A stretch of 38,981 nt of DNA from a virus (Duplodnaviria; Caudoviricetes). Positions 1 to 7,522 of this stretch are shown in pieces. The notes beneath the pieces are model-generated. The model ran no database searches. It was given only the letters and a program-made list of their open reading frames with translations, and was not told the origin of the DNA. The translations under genes were made by a program, and so were the position numbers. The DNA lies in the IMG/VR virus record IMGVR_UViG_3300020043_003188, positions 1 through 38,981 of that record. One strand, 5' to 3'. How positions within the stretch are numbered: position 1 is the first letter of the stretch; each line of letters starts with the position of its first letter.

Positions 1-112
1 GGTAGTAGAGAATAGCCGCATCAGCATCAATGTGCGCTGTTTCGGCATCGGATTTATCAACTTCAGCCAGCATTTGCATAGCTTCTTCAATCTGTCTTTG
101 GTTAGTTTGCAT
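1..112 (-). CDS. Partial hypothetical protein (allele of 5360-5548), runs off the contig end
   Basis: MQTNQRQIEEAMQMLAEVDKSDAETAHIDADAAILYY matches the N-terminus of 5360-5548. Confidence 0.8.
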   Translation of the reverse strand, partial: MQTNQRQIEEAMQMLAEVDKSDAETAHIDADAAILYY

Positions 113-296
113 CGTCGATTTTGTTTAGGTTGTTTAGTTGTTCCGCGATGTGCTTCCCCACCGCGATGGGATCGAACAAGGGCATTCCGTCCTTCATTAT
201 GTGTGGAATATATCCATCAGCGGCCCATAGGGCAACCACGGCAGGCGGAAGTTTCAATTCGTCTGCCATTTCGTGCAAGTCAAATAATCGTATCAT
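102..296 (-). CDS. Excisionase/MerR-like HTH protein (allele of 5176-5385)
   Basis: LFDLHEMADELKLPPAVVALWAADGYIP...GMPLFDP fits the HTH_17/Xis pattern; ATGA overlap with the upstream gene. Confidence 0.65.
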   Translation of the reverse strand: MIRLFDLHEMADELKLPPAVVALWAADGYIPHIMKDGMPLFDPIAVGKHIAEQLNNLNKIDDAN

Positions 297-652
297 GCTA
301 TTTTTTCTGTTTGGGTTTTCTCATTTTCGGGGACAGCTTCATTTATCAGCCGCTCCAGGACTAGCTTCACCTTGTCGGCAAATCCGTTGCTATGCTCGAT
401 GAGGAAGCGCACACGCTCCCGTGCATGGATGATCGCCCCGTGATGCCGGTCGAGCCTGTACCCCGTTTCCTGCAATGAATGGTTTTCGCTCCAGATGGTC
501 GCCACCAGTTGACGAGGGACAACCCATCGCGCAAAGCGTGAGCGGCAAAGGATCTGCTCTGGAGTGACGGCAAAGACCTCCGCCACTATGCGGACGAGGA
601 AAGCGAATTTGTCGGCCTCTGTGTCCTCGTAGAGTCTCCAGTTAACTTTCAT
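293..652 (-). CDS. Stand-alone DnaA C-terminal (domain IV)-like HTH protein
   Basis: VAEVFAVTPEQIL-RSR---VVPRQ---SLQETG--LDRHHGAIIHA follows the Bac_DnaA_C pattern; ATG at 652 (alternative GTG at 658). Confidence 0.8.
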   Translation of the reverse strand: MKVNWRLYEDTEADKFAFLVRIVAEVFAVTPEQILCRSRFARWVVPRQLVATIWSENHSLQETGYRLDRHHGAIIHARERVRFLIEHSNGFADKVKLVLERLINEAVPENEKTQTEKIA

Positions 653-884
653 CGTCACCCCCTTTCACAACGGCGATCTTTTCGATCCATGGTTTGAGGT
701 GTTCGTCAAGTTGCTCGATAGTATATTTTCCAAACAGCCCCGACGAGACATTCATGCGAATCATTGCGATCAACTCGCTGGCTATAACCGCTAACCTGTC
801 GCGTTGCTCTTCGACGGCAATAATTTCAGACTCAAGCCGATCCAAATCAAACGCGCTTATCGTCACATCGTGAGTTCGGCCCAT
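642..884 (-). CDS. Hypothetical early protein
   Basis: 80-aa ORF, GGAGG upstream, tiles with its neighbours. Confidence 0.7.
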   Translation of the reverse strand: MGRTHDVTISAFDLDRLESEIIAVEEQRDRLAVIASELIAMIRMNVSSGLFGKYTIEQLDEHLKPWIEKIAVVKGGDDES

Positions 885-1282
885 GCGCCCTCCTTTCCGC
901 TTTCATGGGTTTGGCGTTCGAAATCCGATTTTATCTTTAGGTAGGCTTCCTTATATCCCGTTTTCATTGCCTTTTCCCATTTTATCTCATTTTTTAACTC
1001 ATCACAAATTTTTTTCATGTCTTCCAGTGTAGCTTTAGGATCTTTCCCATTTGCAATTCTAACACGGTGGTGTCCAGCAATTTTTCCGAAATAATCGAGT
1101 GAGCCTTTGGCTGCCTCAATTCCAAAGCAAACATATAGCCGGCCATTTTCTGAAGCAGCAAAAACTGAGCTTCCGGTTTCATCGTCAATAGAGTTTAGCG
1201 ACCTGCCAGATATTCCGCGCCATTCTCCATTTAATGTCAGAATCTCAAAAGTATATGGTTTTGTGTCTGTTTTCCTGCTCAT
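863..1282 (-). CDS. Hypothetical early protein, AT-richer than neighbours
   Basis: 139-aa ORF, GGAGG plus ATGA overlap. Confidence 0.7.
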   Translation of the reverse strand: MSRKTDTKPYTFEILTLNGEWRGISGRSLNSIDDETGSSVFAASENGRLYVCFGIEAAKGSLDYFGKIAGHHRVRIANGKDPKATLEDMKKICDELKNEIKWEKAMKTGYKEAYLKIKSDFERQTHESGKEGAWAELTM

Positions 1283-1467
1283 GCCGCACCTCCCCCGTCT
1301 AGGTCATCTTTGACTACATAGGCCGCCCAGACTGCCACAGAGAGCAGGGACGACCCGTAGAACGCCCACATTTTCCACTTCGAGGAACCCTCAAAGCCGG
1401 AGTCCACGAATAGGAACAGGCCAAGATGCGCGAAAATGGCTATTGCTAGGACTGCTTGGCTTTTCAT
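1279..1467 (-). CDS. Small two-TM membrane protein
   Basis: Two hydrophobic stretches; GGAGG plus ATGA overlap. Confidence 0.7.
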   Translation of the reverse strand: MKSQAVLAIAIFAHLGLFLFVDSGFEGSSKWKMWAFYGSSLLSVAVWAAYVVKDDLDGGGAA

Positions 1468-1697
1468 GCGGCCTCCCTTCTTGCTTTTCTTGCTTCTTTT
1501 CGTGCCTCTCGTATGGCATTGGCAAGACGCTTCCTGTCAACTTCCAAGGGTTGCCAGCCAACAAAGACCATTGCATACCGCAATCGCCCCCAGCTAGTCA
1601 CTGCAAGCACTTGGTAGGCATCCCCGCTGAACATTTTGGTTTTAATGTGATAATAACACCCGCTATTGCAGGGTTTTGGATCTCGTTTAATTGTCAT
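1464..1697 (-). CDS. Hypothetical early protein
   Basis: 77-aa ORF with A-rich leader TAAACGAAACAAAAC-ATG. Confidence 0.7.
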   Translation of the reverse strand: MTIKRDPKPCNSGCYYHIKTKMFSGDAYQVLAVTSWGRLRYAMVFVGWQPLEVDRKRLANAIREARKEARKARREAA

Positions 1698-1709
1698 GTT
1701 TTGTTTCGT

Positions 1710-1898
1710 TTAAGGTTTTTCCAAGACCCACGAGAAATCCTTTTCGCTTGGATCGTTTGGTTTAAGGCTCCAGCCAAAACATACCCTCCCCGGCAGGTTG
1801 CATCGAATAAGGGTGTTGCTTTTCGTATTGTTGGGTGATGCCTCAACCCAAAGGGCAAGGGCTTTTTGCATGTCGTTTGCGTTTGTTTCGGTTGTCAT
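1710..1898 (-). CDS. Hypothetical early protein
   Basis: Start moved to the ATG at 1898 (MTTETN...) after an A-rich leader. Confidence 0.65.
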   Translation of the reverse strand: MTTETNANDMQKALALWVEASPNNTKSNTLIRCNLPGRVCFGWSLKPNDPSEKDFSWVLEKP

Positions 1899-1923
1899 CG
1901 TTTTCGTTTCGTTTGTTTTTGTT

Positions 1924-2235
1924 TTATTCAAGCGACCAGTCGGCCCCATCGGTCGGCGAGTCAAGGTGTTTTCGCCCCCATAGGGACTCCAGGCGGTGCA
2001 GGTCGATGCCAAGGCAGGCCAGGACATCCGCGAATGTTAGCTCGTCGATGTCGCACAAGGCCGCGCGGTCGTTCGCGTGGTATTCCATGAACAACGGGAA
2101 CATGTCCTCGTCACCATGTTGGTCAACCCTTTCCGCTGCTTTTTGGATGCATTCAAGCACCCATGGCGCATCCTCGGTTGTCACCCCCGCCCCCGTTATG
2201 AGGGCAAGGGCTTGCGCTTCCCATTGGGTCTTCAT
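1924..2235 (-). CDS. Hypothetical acidic early protein
   Basis: MKTQWEAQ start; GGGGAGG plus ATGA overlap. Confidence 0.7.
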   Translation of the reverse strand: MKTQWEAQALALITGAGVTTEDAPWVLECIQKAAERVDQHGDEDMFPLFMEYHANDRAALCDIDELTFADVLACLGIDLHRLESLWGRKHLDSPTDGADWSLE

Positions 2236-2423
2236 GGCTTCACCTCCCCGTTGCATTGAGGCATCACTTCAAAGCTGTCCGGCGTTAAGGTTTTATCCAC
2301 AAAGAACCCATTCGCGCAGTATGTTGGGACATTTACGGCAAGATGCCATTGCGCCCGTTCCATCGTGTCAAATAGGCCATGCACCGCGAGATGATTTTGC
2401 TTTTCCACAAGTTTGTATTTCAT
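2232..2423 (-). CDS. Hypothetical early protein
   Basis: 63-aa ORF with ATGA overlaps at both ends. Confidence 0.7.
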   Translation of the reverse strand: MKYKLVEKQNHLAVHGLFDTMERAQWHLAVNVPTYCANGFFVDKTLTPDSFEVMPQCNGEVKP

Positions 2424-2680
2424 GCGTCACCCCCTTTCACCTTGGCAATGACGGCAAGGGCGTTTTGCAAGTCATCATCGCTTGCCATTGGGTGCGTCAA
2501 ACTTTGCAATGCGGCGAGCATTTCGGGCGCGGCGGCAATCAAGCGGGCGTTTGCTCTCCATTCATCCGTCAACCCGTGGAGAATTTCCGCAACTTCCGTT
2601 CCGTCTTTACCGTAAATTGCCGGATTTCCGGCGCGTCTGCCTAAATGCCAAGGGCCGCTTGTGTGTGTGTCTGTTTTCAT
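2420..2680 (-). CDS. Conserved phage protein of the HTxGPW...ANARLIAAAPE family
   Basis: HTSGPW and ANARLIAAAPEML motifs, common in phage early regions; function unknown. Confidence 0.8.
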   Translation of the reverse strand: MKTDTHTSGPWHLGRRAGNPAIYGKDGTEVAEILHGLTDEWRANARLIAAAPEMLAALQSLTHPMASDDDLQNALAVIAKVKGGDA

Positions 2681-2684
2681 CGTT

Positions 2685-3077
2685 TCAAAGTGTCGTTTGT
2701 TTTTTAGGATTCATCGAATCCACAAGTTCGATGCAAAGGTTTATTTCTTCGACATAGCTTAAGCCGTCGAAGCCAAGTAGCTTCTCGTCCGCGCTTGTGG
2801 CTGCGGCCAGGGCCCATTCTTTCCCGTCTCTTATGCTCACGGATTTAAGACTTGCAAATCGCCCGTTTGAGACAATCACGGCGAAAACCTCATCGTTCCC
2901 ACGGTGCAATTTGATTGCCCTTGTGCCATGCTTTGCGGACTTGTGGCGCGTGAAGTACCCGAAAGCCGTTTTCCCGTTTATCGGGGTGAATAGCGTTTCG
3001 ACAAGGCCCGCTTTATCGGTAAAGACAAGGCCGCTTGGAGTGGTGAAGTGTGCAATCGTTTTTGTTTTTGTTTTCAT
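2685..3077 (-). CDS. Hypothetical early protein
   Basis: Start moved to the ATG at 3077 (MKTKTKTIAHF). Confidence 0.7.
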   Translation of the reverse strand: MKTKTKTIAHFTTPSGLVFTDKAGLVETLFTPINGKTAFGYFTRHKSAKHGTRAIKLHRGNDEVFAVIVSNGRFASLKSVSIRDGKEWALAAATSADEKLLGFDGLSYVEEINLCIELVDSMNPKKQTTL

Positions 3078-3096
3078 CGTTTCGGGTGGGTTAGGG

Positions 3097-3369
3097 TTAG
3101 AAATTGAGGACATGCGCCAGGGTTTTCCCATCCGCCAGTGTTCCCGTTATGAATGCGCGGTTCCATCCGTTTTCACTAGGCGGTGTACCAGTCTTTTCAT
3201 CTTCGCGCACAAATTTTGCCAGCAATGCGCGGACGGCTTCGCGGTGTACCTCATCGCCGCTCAATTCATGAGGATAGGGTATGCGGATTTTCCCGCGCCA
3301 GCACTTGGCTTCGATCTTTGAACCGCTTGTGTTTGTCGCTGGAATATACTTTGTTTGGATTGCTTGCAT
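3097..3369 (-). CDS. Conserved phage early protein (MQAIQTKYxPxTNTxGSxI family)
   Basis: Recognisable N-terminal motif; start at the ATG at 3369. Confidence 0.75.
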   Translation of the reverse strand: MQAIQTKYIPATNTSGSKIEAKCWRGKIRIPYPHELSGDEVHREAVRALLAKFVREDEKTGTPPSENGWNRAFITGTLADGKTLAHVLNF

Positions 3370-3437
3370 CGTAGTCTGTTTTCTATTTTTTAAGGTTAAA
3401 TTAGGTTTGCCCTGCACCGCGGGCCGCGTCTGGGTTT

Positions 3438-3465
3438 AAGATATTAGCACTTGCTGGCAATGCAA
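3438..3465 (-). promoter_or_regulatory. Possible sigma70-type early promoter
   Basis: TTGCAT-16 nt-TATCTT in the gap upstream of 3369. Confidence 0.4.
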
Positions 3466-3473
3466 GCGGATTT

Positions 3474-3647
3474 TCAAATGAATTTGATTTTTGCGATTTT
3501 TTCGCCGTTGCATTCGTATGATTCGATCGTAAAAATGTCCTCAAATTCCTCAGGAAAAATTCCCGTTGCTATATATTGACGCGCCGCGTTTCCGATCATG
3601 TCGGACATTTCGCGGCTGTCGGGCATAAAATCAAAAATGATCTTCAT
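3474..3647 (-). CDS. Small hypothetical protein, 57 aa (not in the ORF track)
   Basis: Hand translation MKIIFDFMPDSREMSDMIGNAARQY...KIAKIKFI; fills a gap in the operon. Confidence 0.6.
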   Translation of the reverse strand: MKIIFDFMPDSREMSDMIGNAARQYIATGIFPEEFEDIFTIESYECNGEKIAKIKFI

Positions 3648-3652
3648 GATTT

Positions 3653-3793
3653 TTAAGGTTGGGATTTGAATGGCTCGGCACTCATGCGGAAAGCGTCCAA
3701 GTCACTAGGCCCGCCGAATGCGCCGCTTGTGATTGCAATCGCCAGGGCAAGCAAGGCAAGCAAGGCGAGGGAAATGAATGTTTCGCGGATCAT
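3653..3793 (-). CDS. Small membrane/secreted peptide, 46 aa (not in the ORF track)
   Basis: MIRETFISLALLALLALAIAITSGAFGG...; GGGGG plus ATGA overlap. Confidence 0.6.
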   Translation of the reverse strand: MIRETFISLALLALLALAIAITSGAFGGPSDLDAFRMSAEPFKSQP

Positions 3794-3951
3794 GCTTCCC
3801 CCCTTTCCATTTTGCGGACAAAAACCACTGCATCGCGTACATTTTCGCGCGGACTATATCGCCCGCCCTTGAATGAATGCCTTGATTTAAATTCGTATGC
3901 AATGGCCATGCGGGCCGATTCAATCATCGATTGCTTGTTTTGTATTTTCAT
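3790..3951 (-). CDS. Small hypothetical protein
   Basis: MKIQNKQS start after an A/C-rich leader. Confidence 0.6.
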   Translation of the reverse strand: MKIQNKQSMIESARMAIAYEFKSRHSFKGGRYSPRENVRDAVVFVRKMERGEA

Positions 3952-3973
3952 GTCGTTGGTTTGGCTTGGTTTG

Positions 3974-4135
3974 TTATTGCTTCTCAAATTTGACGATTGC
4001 ATCTACTGGCAAGCCATAGGCTTCGCGGTCAGCCTCCCACATTGTACGGGCTTGGTCTTCCGTCTCTGCATCGTACCAATCAACGAAAGGCTCGTTGATG
4101 TGAGGCACGCGCGTGATTGCTTTGTAGGTGTTCAT
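3974..4135 (-). CDS. First early gene, 53 aa (not in the ORF track)
   Basis: Hand translation MNTYKAITRVPHINEPFVDWYDAETEDQAR...; lies directly below a promoter. Confidence 0.65.
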   Translation of the reverse strand: MNTYKAITRVPHINEPFVDWYDAETEDQARTMWEADREAYGLPVDAIVKFEKQ

Positions 4136-4180
4136 TGTATCGTGGTGTTATTGTTATGCGTTGCGCTTGCAACTGGTGAG

Positions 4181-4209
4181 ACAATCGCCACAAATTGCCA
4201 ATAAGTCAA
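4181..4209 (-). promoter_or_regulatory. Sigma70-type early promoter
   Basis: TTGACT-17 nt-GATTGT with A/T tracts upstream. Confidence 0.55.
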
Positions 4210-4577
4210 AAACAAAATCTTCACCGAAGCATAATTTTTTTATTGACCACCAGCCAAACCTTTTAAAACAAGGCATTTCCCGCAATCACAAGCAAGGAAG
4301 AAATCTCACGGCCAGCGTTAACTTCCAAGCACTAGGACAAGCAAACCGCTAGGGAGCCAAGCTTCGGAGCGTCTAATTATTCCCCTTGAATCGCCAGGTG
4401 GTGATGTAAAGTGGAGAGAATAAGAGAAGCAAAGCGGATAGGATAGCATACCCTAAAATCCATTCCCTCATTCAAGAATAACATCCAACACGCGTGATCT
4501 TATTTCGAGGCTCTTCAACTTGACGCGTCGCACGATCTCCTATGGTCGATCGGCTTTGGCTTTCGGAATGCGCAGCA

Positions 4578-4606
4578 AGGATACTCATGCTTTCGGATCG
4601 TGTCAA
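4578..4606 (-). promoter_or_regulatory. Strong sigma70-type promoter near the inferred left genome end
   Basis: TTGACA-17 nt-TATCCT. Confidence 0.7.
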
Positions 4607-4795
4607 GGAGAAATGTTTAATTGCAATTAAGTTGCATTAATGAAATGCCACCAGATGCAGCCCCAGCCAGGCTAAATCCTTAGCAATCTACCACAGATTG
4701 TATGCATCAAGTTTAGCGACAAGCTAAGGTTGCCGGCACTGATCACGCGAACACTGCACGCTTGAACACCAGCAAATCATTACCAATTCACTAAG

Positions 4796-4828
4796 GTATG
4801 GGGGGAGGGGGTCGACCGGCGAAAAGTT
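4796..4828. repeat. 33-bp element, putative terminal repeat or packaging site (copy 1)
   Basis: GTATGGGGGGAGGGGGTCGACCGGCGAAAAGTT is the exact reverse complement of 38846-38878. Confidence 0.9.
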
Positions 4829-5179
4829 AACTGGAAACTCTACGAGGACACGGAGGCCGACAAATTCGCTTTCCTCGTCCGCATAGTGGCGGAGGTCTTT
4901 TCTGTCACTCCAGAACAAATCCTTTGCCGCTCACGCTTTGCGCGATGGGTTGTCCCTCGTCAACTGGTGGCGACTATCTGGAGCGAAAATCACTCACTCC
5001 AAGAGACAGGCTATCGGCTCGACCGGCATCATGGAGCTATCATCCACGCAAGGGAGCGGGTGCGCTTCCTCATCGAGCATAGCAACGGATTCGCCGACAA
5101 GGTGAAGCTAGTCTTGGAGCGGCTGATAAATGAAGCTGTCCCCGAAAATGAGAAAACCCAAACAGAAAAAATCGCATGA
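4823..5179 (+). pseudogene. DnaA-C-like HTH gene, second allele, missing its ATG at the junction
   Basis: Reads KVNWKLYEDTEAD... from codon 2; the ATG is replaced by the 33-bp element. Probably an assembly or chimera truncation rather than real decay. Confidence 0.75.
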
Positions 5180-5385
5180 TACGACTATTTGACTTGCATG
5201 AAATGGCGGAAGAATTGAAACTGCCGCCAGCCGTGGTTGCCCTATGGGCCGCCGATGGCTACATACCACACATAATGAGGGACGGAATGCCCTTGTTTGA
5301 TCCCATCGCGGTGGGGAAGCACATCGCGGAACAACTAAACAACCTAAACAAAATCGACGATGCAAACGAACCAAAGACAGATTGA
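5176..5385 (+). CDS. Excisionase/MerR-like HTH protein
   Basis: Same protein as 102-296, 5 aa longer because of a TAA/GAA difference. Confidence 0.65.
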   Translation: MIRLFDLHEMAEELKLPPAVVALWAADGYIPHIMRDGMPLFDPIAVGKHIAEQLNNLNKIDDANEPKTD

Positions 5386-5548
5386 AGAAACTATGCAGAT
5401 GCTGGCTGAAGTTGACAAATCCGATGCCGAAACAGCGCACATTGATGCTGATGCGGCTATTCTCTACTACCTCAAGGTCACAGGCGCAAGGGAGCTTGCC
5501 GAGGCCTATGAGGATCTGAAACTCGAAGTGGGATTCCGCTTTGCCTAA
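5360..5548 (+). CDS. Hypothetical protein
   Basis: 62 aa; mostly synonymous differences against the other allele support coding. Confidence 0.8.
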   Translation: MQTNQRQIEETMQMLAEVDKSDAETAHIDADAAILYYLKVTGARELAEAYEDLKLEVGFRFA

Positions 5549-5567
5549 TCTGAAAACGAAACAAACT

Positions 5568-6341
5568 ATGGAAAACGACGAAAACAAAAACGATGCGATT
5601 GTGCCGCAGGAAGCACAAAACACGGGCATTCTGGCGCAGGTGCAAGCCGAGACACAGGCATTCGAGCTTGTGCAACGGCAGGCGATGATGCTCTCAAAGT
5701 CAACCCTAGTCCCCAAGGACTTTGCCGGGAATGTGGCGAACTGCGCGATCGCTCTTAACATATCAAAGCGGACACGGCTTGACGTGCTAATGGTCTGCCA
5801 AAACCTCGCAATCATCCACGGGCGACCCTCGTGGTCTGCTACTGCCCTCATCGGCATGATCAACGCAAGCGGGAAGTTCTCGCCCCTGCGCTTTGTATTC
5901 GACTCCGACGAGGCTCCGACATGGTGCTACGCTGTTGCCCGTGACATGGCGACTGGTGAAGAACTCAAAGGCGAGCGCATCACGCTAGAGATGGCAAAGA
6001 AGGAAGGCTGGAGTACCAAAAATGGTTCAAAGTGGCTCACGATGCCTGGACAAATGCTCCGCTATCGTGCCGCTTCATTCTGGTCACGCGCCTATGCCTC
6101 TGATATGTCGCTGGGTATGTACACGCAAGACGAGGTGAGGGACTTTGCAGAACCCCCGCGCAATGTGACCCCAAAGGCAAACCCATTTGTGGCAGAACCA
6201 GAACCTGAACCCGAGCCGGAACCCGAGGTGGTTGAGGCGCAGGTGGTGGTCGAGGAAAAGCCAAAGAAGAACAGCGTAAAACCTCACGCTGACAAGATCG
6301 CCCAAGCATTCGAGGCAATGGCGAAGGAGGTTGAACCATGA
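5568..6341 (+). CDS. RecT/Redbeta-like single-strand annealing protein
   Basis: LVPKDF-GN-ANC-IA, QNL-II-GRPSWS, GSKW-TMP-QML-YRAA-FW-R, GMYT-DE motifs; next to an exonuclease; PEPEPE linker. Confidence 0.8.
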   Translation: MENDENKNDAIVPQEAQNTGILAQVQAETQAFELVQRQAMMLSKSTLVPKDFAGNVANCAIALNISKRTRLDVLMVCQNLAIIHGRPSWSATALIGMINASGKFSPLRFVFDSDEAPTWCYAVARDMATGEELKGERITLEMAKKEGWSTKNGSKWLTMPGQMLRYRAASFWSRAYASDMSLGMYTQDEVRDFAEPPRNVTPKANPFVAEPEPEPEPEPEVVEAQVVVEEKPKKNSVKPHADKIAQAFEAMAKEVEP

Positions 6342-7147
6342 GCGAACTAGTCTACAATCTGGGACGCAAGTATTACGATGGGGGCGCAAGCCCCTCCAAC
6401 TTGGGCGGGCATGTCTCCAAGTCGATGCTCTGGGACTTTTCACAAAGCCCTTGGAAGTGGTTCAATGGCAAGCCCAAGGAGTCAACCCCGGCGATGGAGT
6501 TTGGTAGCCTAGTGCATTGCCTAGCCCTCACGCCGAACGAGTACGCTGAAACCTACGCAGTGAGCGAATACGACTCATTCCGTACCAAGGCGGCGCAGGA
6601 ATGGCGGGACAGCATGACAGCGCAGGGAAAGGTCTGCATCACGCAAGGCCAACTCAATGCGGCGAACGAGTGCGCGGAATCCGTGCTTAATGACCCCGAT
6701 CTACAACCCGTTCTCGTTAATGGGTACAAGACCGAGGTGGCGGCCTATTCCCAAATAGGATCAACCAAGGTGCGTGGGATGATTGACCTTGTGCCGAGCG
6801 AGGGTGACTGCCTCATCGACCTAAAGACCACATCGAGCTTTGGCAATGCCGAGGATCTGGCTGGGCTTGTGGTGCGCCGTGGCTACCATTGGCAGGCTGC
6901 ACTCTACCTCGACCTGTTCAACGCCGCCACGGGGCAAAATAGGACGAATTTTGTGCTTGCCTTTGTCGAAACATCTGCGCCTTATGAAGTGGCAATCGTT
7001 AAATTAACGGATGACTTCATCGACCAAGGCCGAGCAGGATACATGAACGCCATAGCAAAATACCAACAATGCGTTGCGGATAATAAGTTCCCCAAGGCAG
7101 TCGAAGGAATCCAAGAACTCTCATTCCCCAAGTGGGCAATCAAATAA
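6338..7147 (+). CDS. PD-(D/E)XK exonuclease (RecE/ExoVIII, DUF3799-like)
   Basis: SKSML, AMEFGSLVH-L-L-P, RGMIDL...IDLKTT, YHWQAALY, FVETSAPY. Confidence 0.88.
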   Translation: MSELVYNLGRKYYDGGASPSNLGGHVSKSMLWDFSQSPWKWFNGKPKESTPAMEFGSLVHCLALTPNEYAETYAVSEYDSFRTKAAQEWRDSMTAQGKVCITQGQLNAANECAESVLNDPDLQPVLVNGYKTEVAAYSQIGSTKVRGMIDLVPSEGDCLIDLKTTSSFGNAEDLAGLVVRRGYHWQAALYLDLFNAATGQNRTNFVLAFVETSAPYEVAIVKLTDDFIDQGRAGYMNAIAKYQQCVADNKFPKAVEGIQELSFPKWAIK

Positions 7148-7151
7148 TACC

Positions 7152-7475
7152 ATGAAACAGACCATAGACATTAGCATTGATACGACGAAGATCGACAAGA
7201 CGGCTCTCTACGAGTCACCCAAGACAGGTAAGAAGTATCTCTCTGTCACCTTGTTGATGCGCGAGGAGAAGGACAAGTACGGATACGATGGATTTATCGT
7301 CCAGAAGATCAGCAAGGAGCGCAAAGCCGCAGGTGAAAAAGGCCCGATCCTTGGCAACGCAAAGATCATGGACTGGGATGCCATCAAGCAACCTGGCGAT
7401 CACCAGCAGGCGAAGGCAAACGGATACGCCAAGCCTGATAGGTGGGATGATCCAATGGACGATGTGCCGTTTTAG
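7152..7475 (+). CDS. Putative single-stranded DNA-binding protein
   Basis: Acidic DDPMDDVPF tail; GKKYL...DKYG...PILGN core; follows the SSAP/exonuclease pair. Confidence 0.65.
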   Translation: MKQTIDISIDTTKIDKTALYESPKTGKKYLSVTLLMREEKDKYGYDGFIVQKISKERKAAGEKGPILGNAKIMDWDAIKQPGDHQQAKANGYAKPDRWDDPMDDVPF

Positions 7476-7484
7476 TCATTCTAA

Positions 7485-7513
7485 TTGACACCTCGTGGCA
7501 AATGGGGTAGATT
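7485..7513 (+). promoter_or_regulatory. Sigma70-type promoter of the HNH gene
   Basis: TTGACA-17 nt-TAGATT; ATG 9 nt downstream. Confidence 0.75.
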
Positions 7514-7522
7514 CCCATTCCT

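Larger units (their letters stand above)
1..649 (-). repeat. Inverted, diverged copy of 4823-5471
   Basis: Ungapped base-by-base match (position p pairs with 5472-p). About 42 substitutions counted by hand, mostly synonymous. The first 55 nt are identical. Confidence 0.97.

Noticed and set aside
102-296. Xis-like gene as evidence of lysogeny
   Set aside because: No integrase, CI-like repressor or att/tRNA site was recognised, so lifestyle is undetermined.
2293-2301. Perfect DnaA box TTATCCACA
   Set aside because: It is a single copy inside a CDS, which is compatible with chance in 39 kb.
1835-2644. Long plus-strand ORFs in the early region and other antisense ORFs across the window
   Set aside because: They are shadows of tightly tiled, coupled genes on the opposite strand.
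1-5471. Programmed invertible segment or diversity-generating retroelement
   Set aside because: No invertase or reverse transcriptase was found. Differences are mainly synonymous rather than adenine-specific, and the junction removes a start codon.
6196-6226. PEPEPE coding repeat
   Set aside because: Ordinary low-complexity linker with mixed codons.
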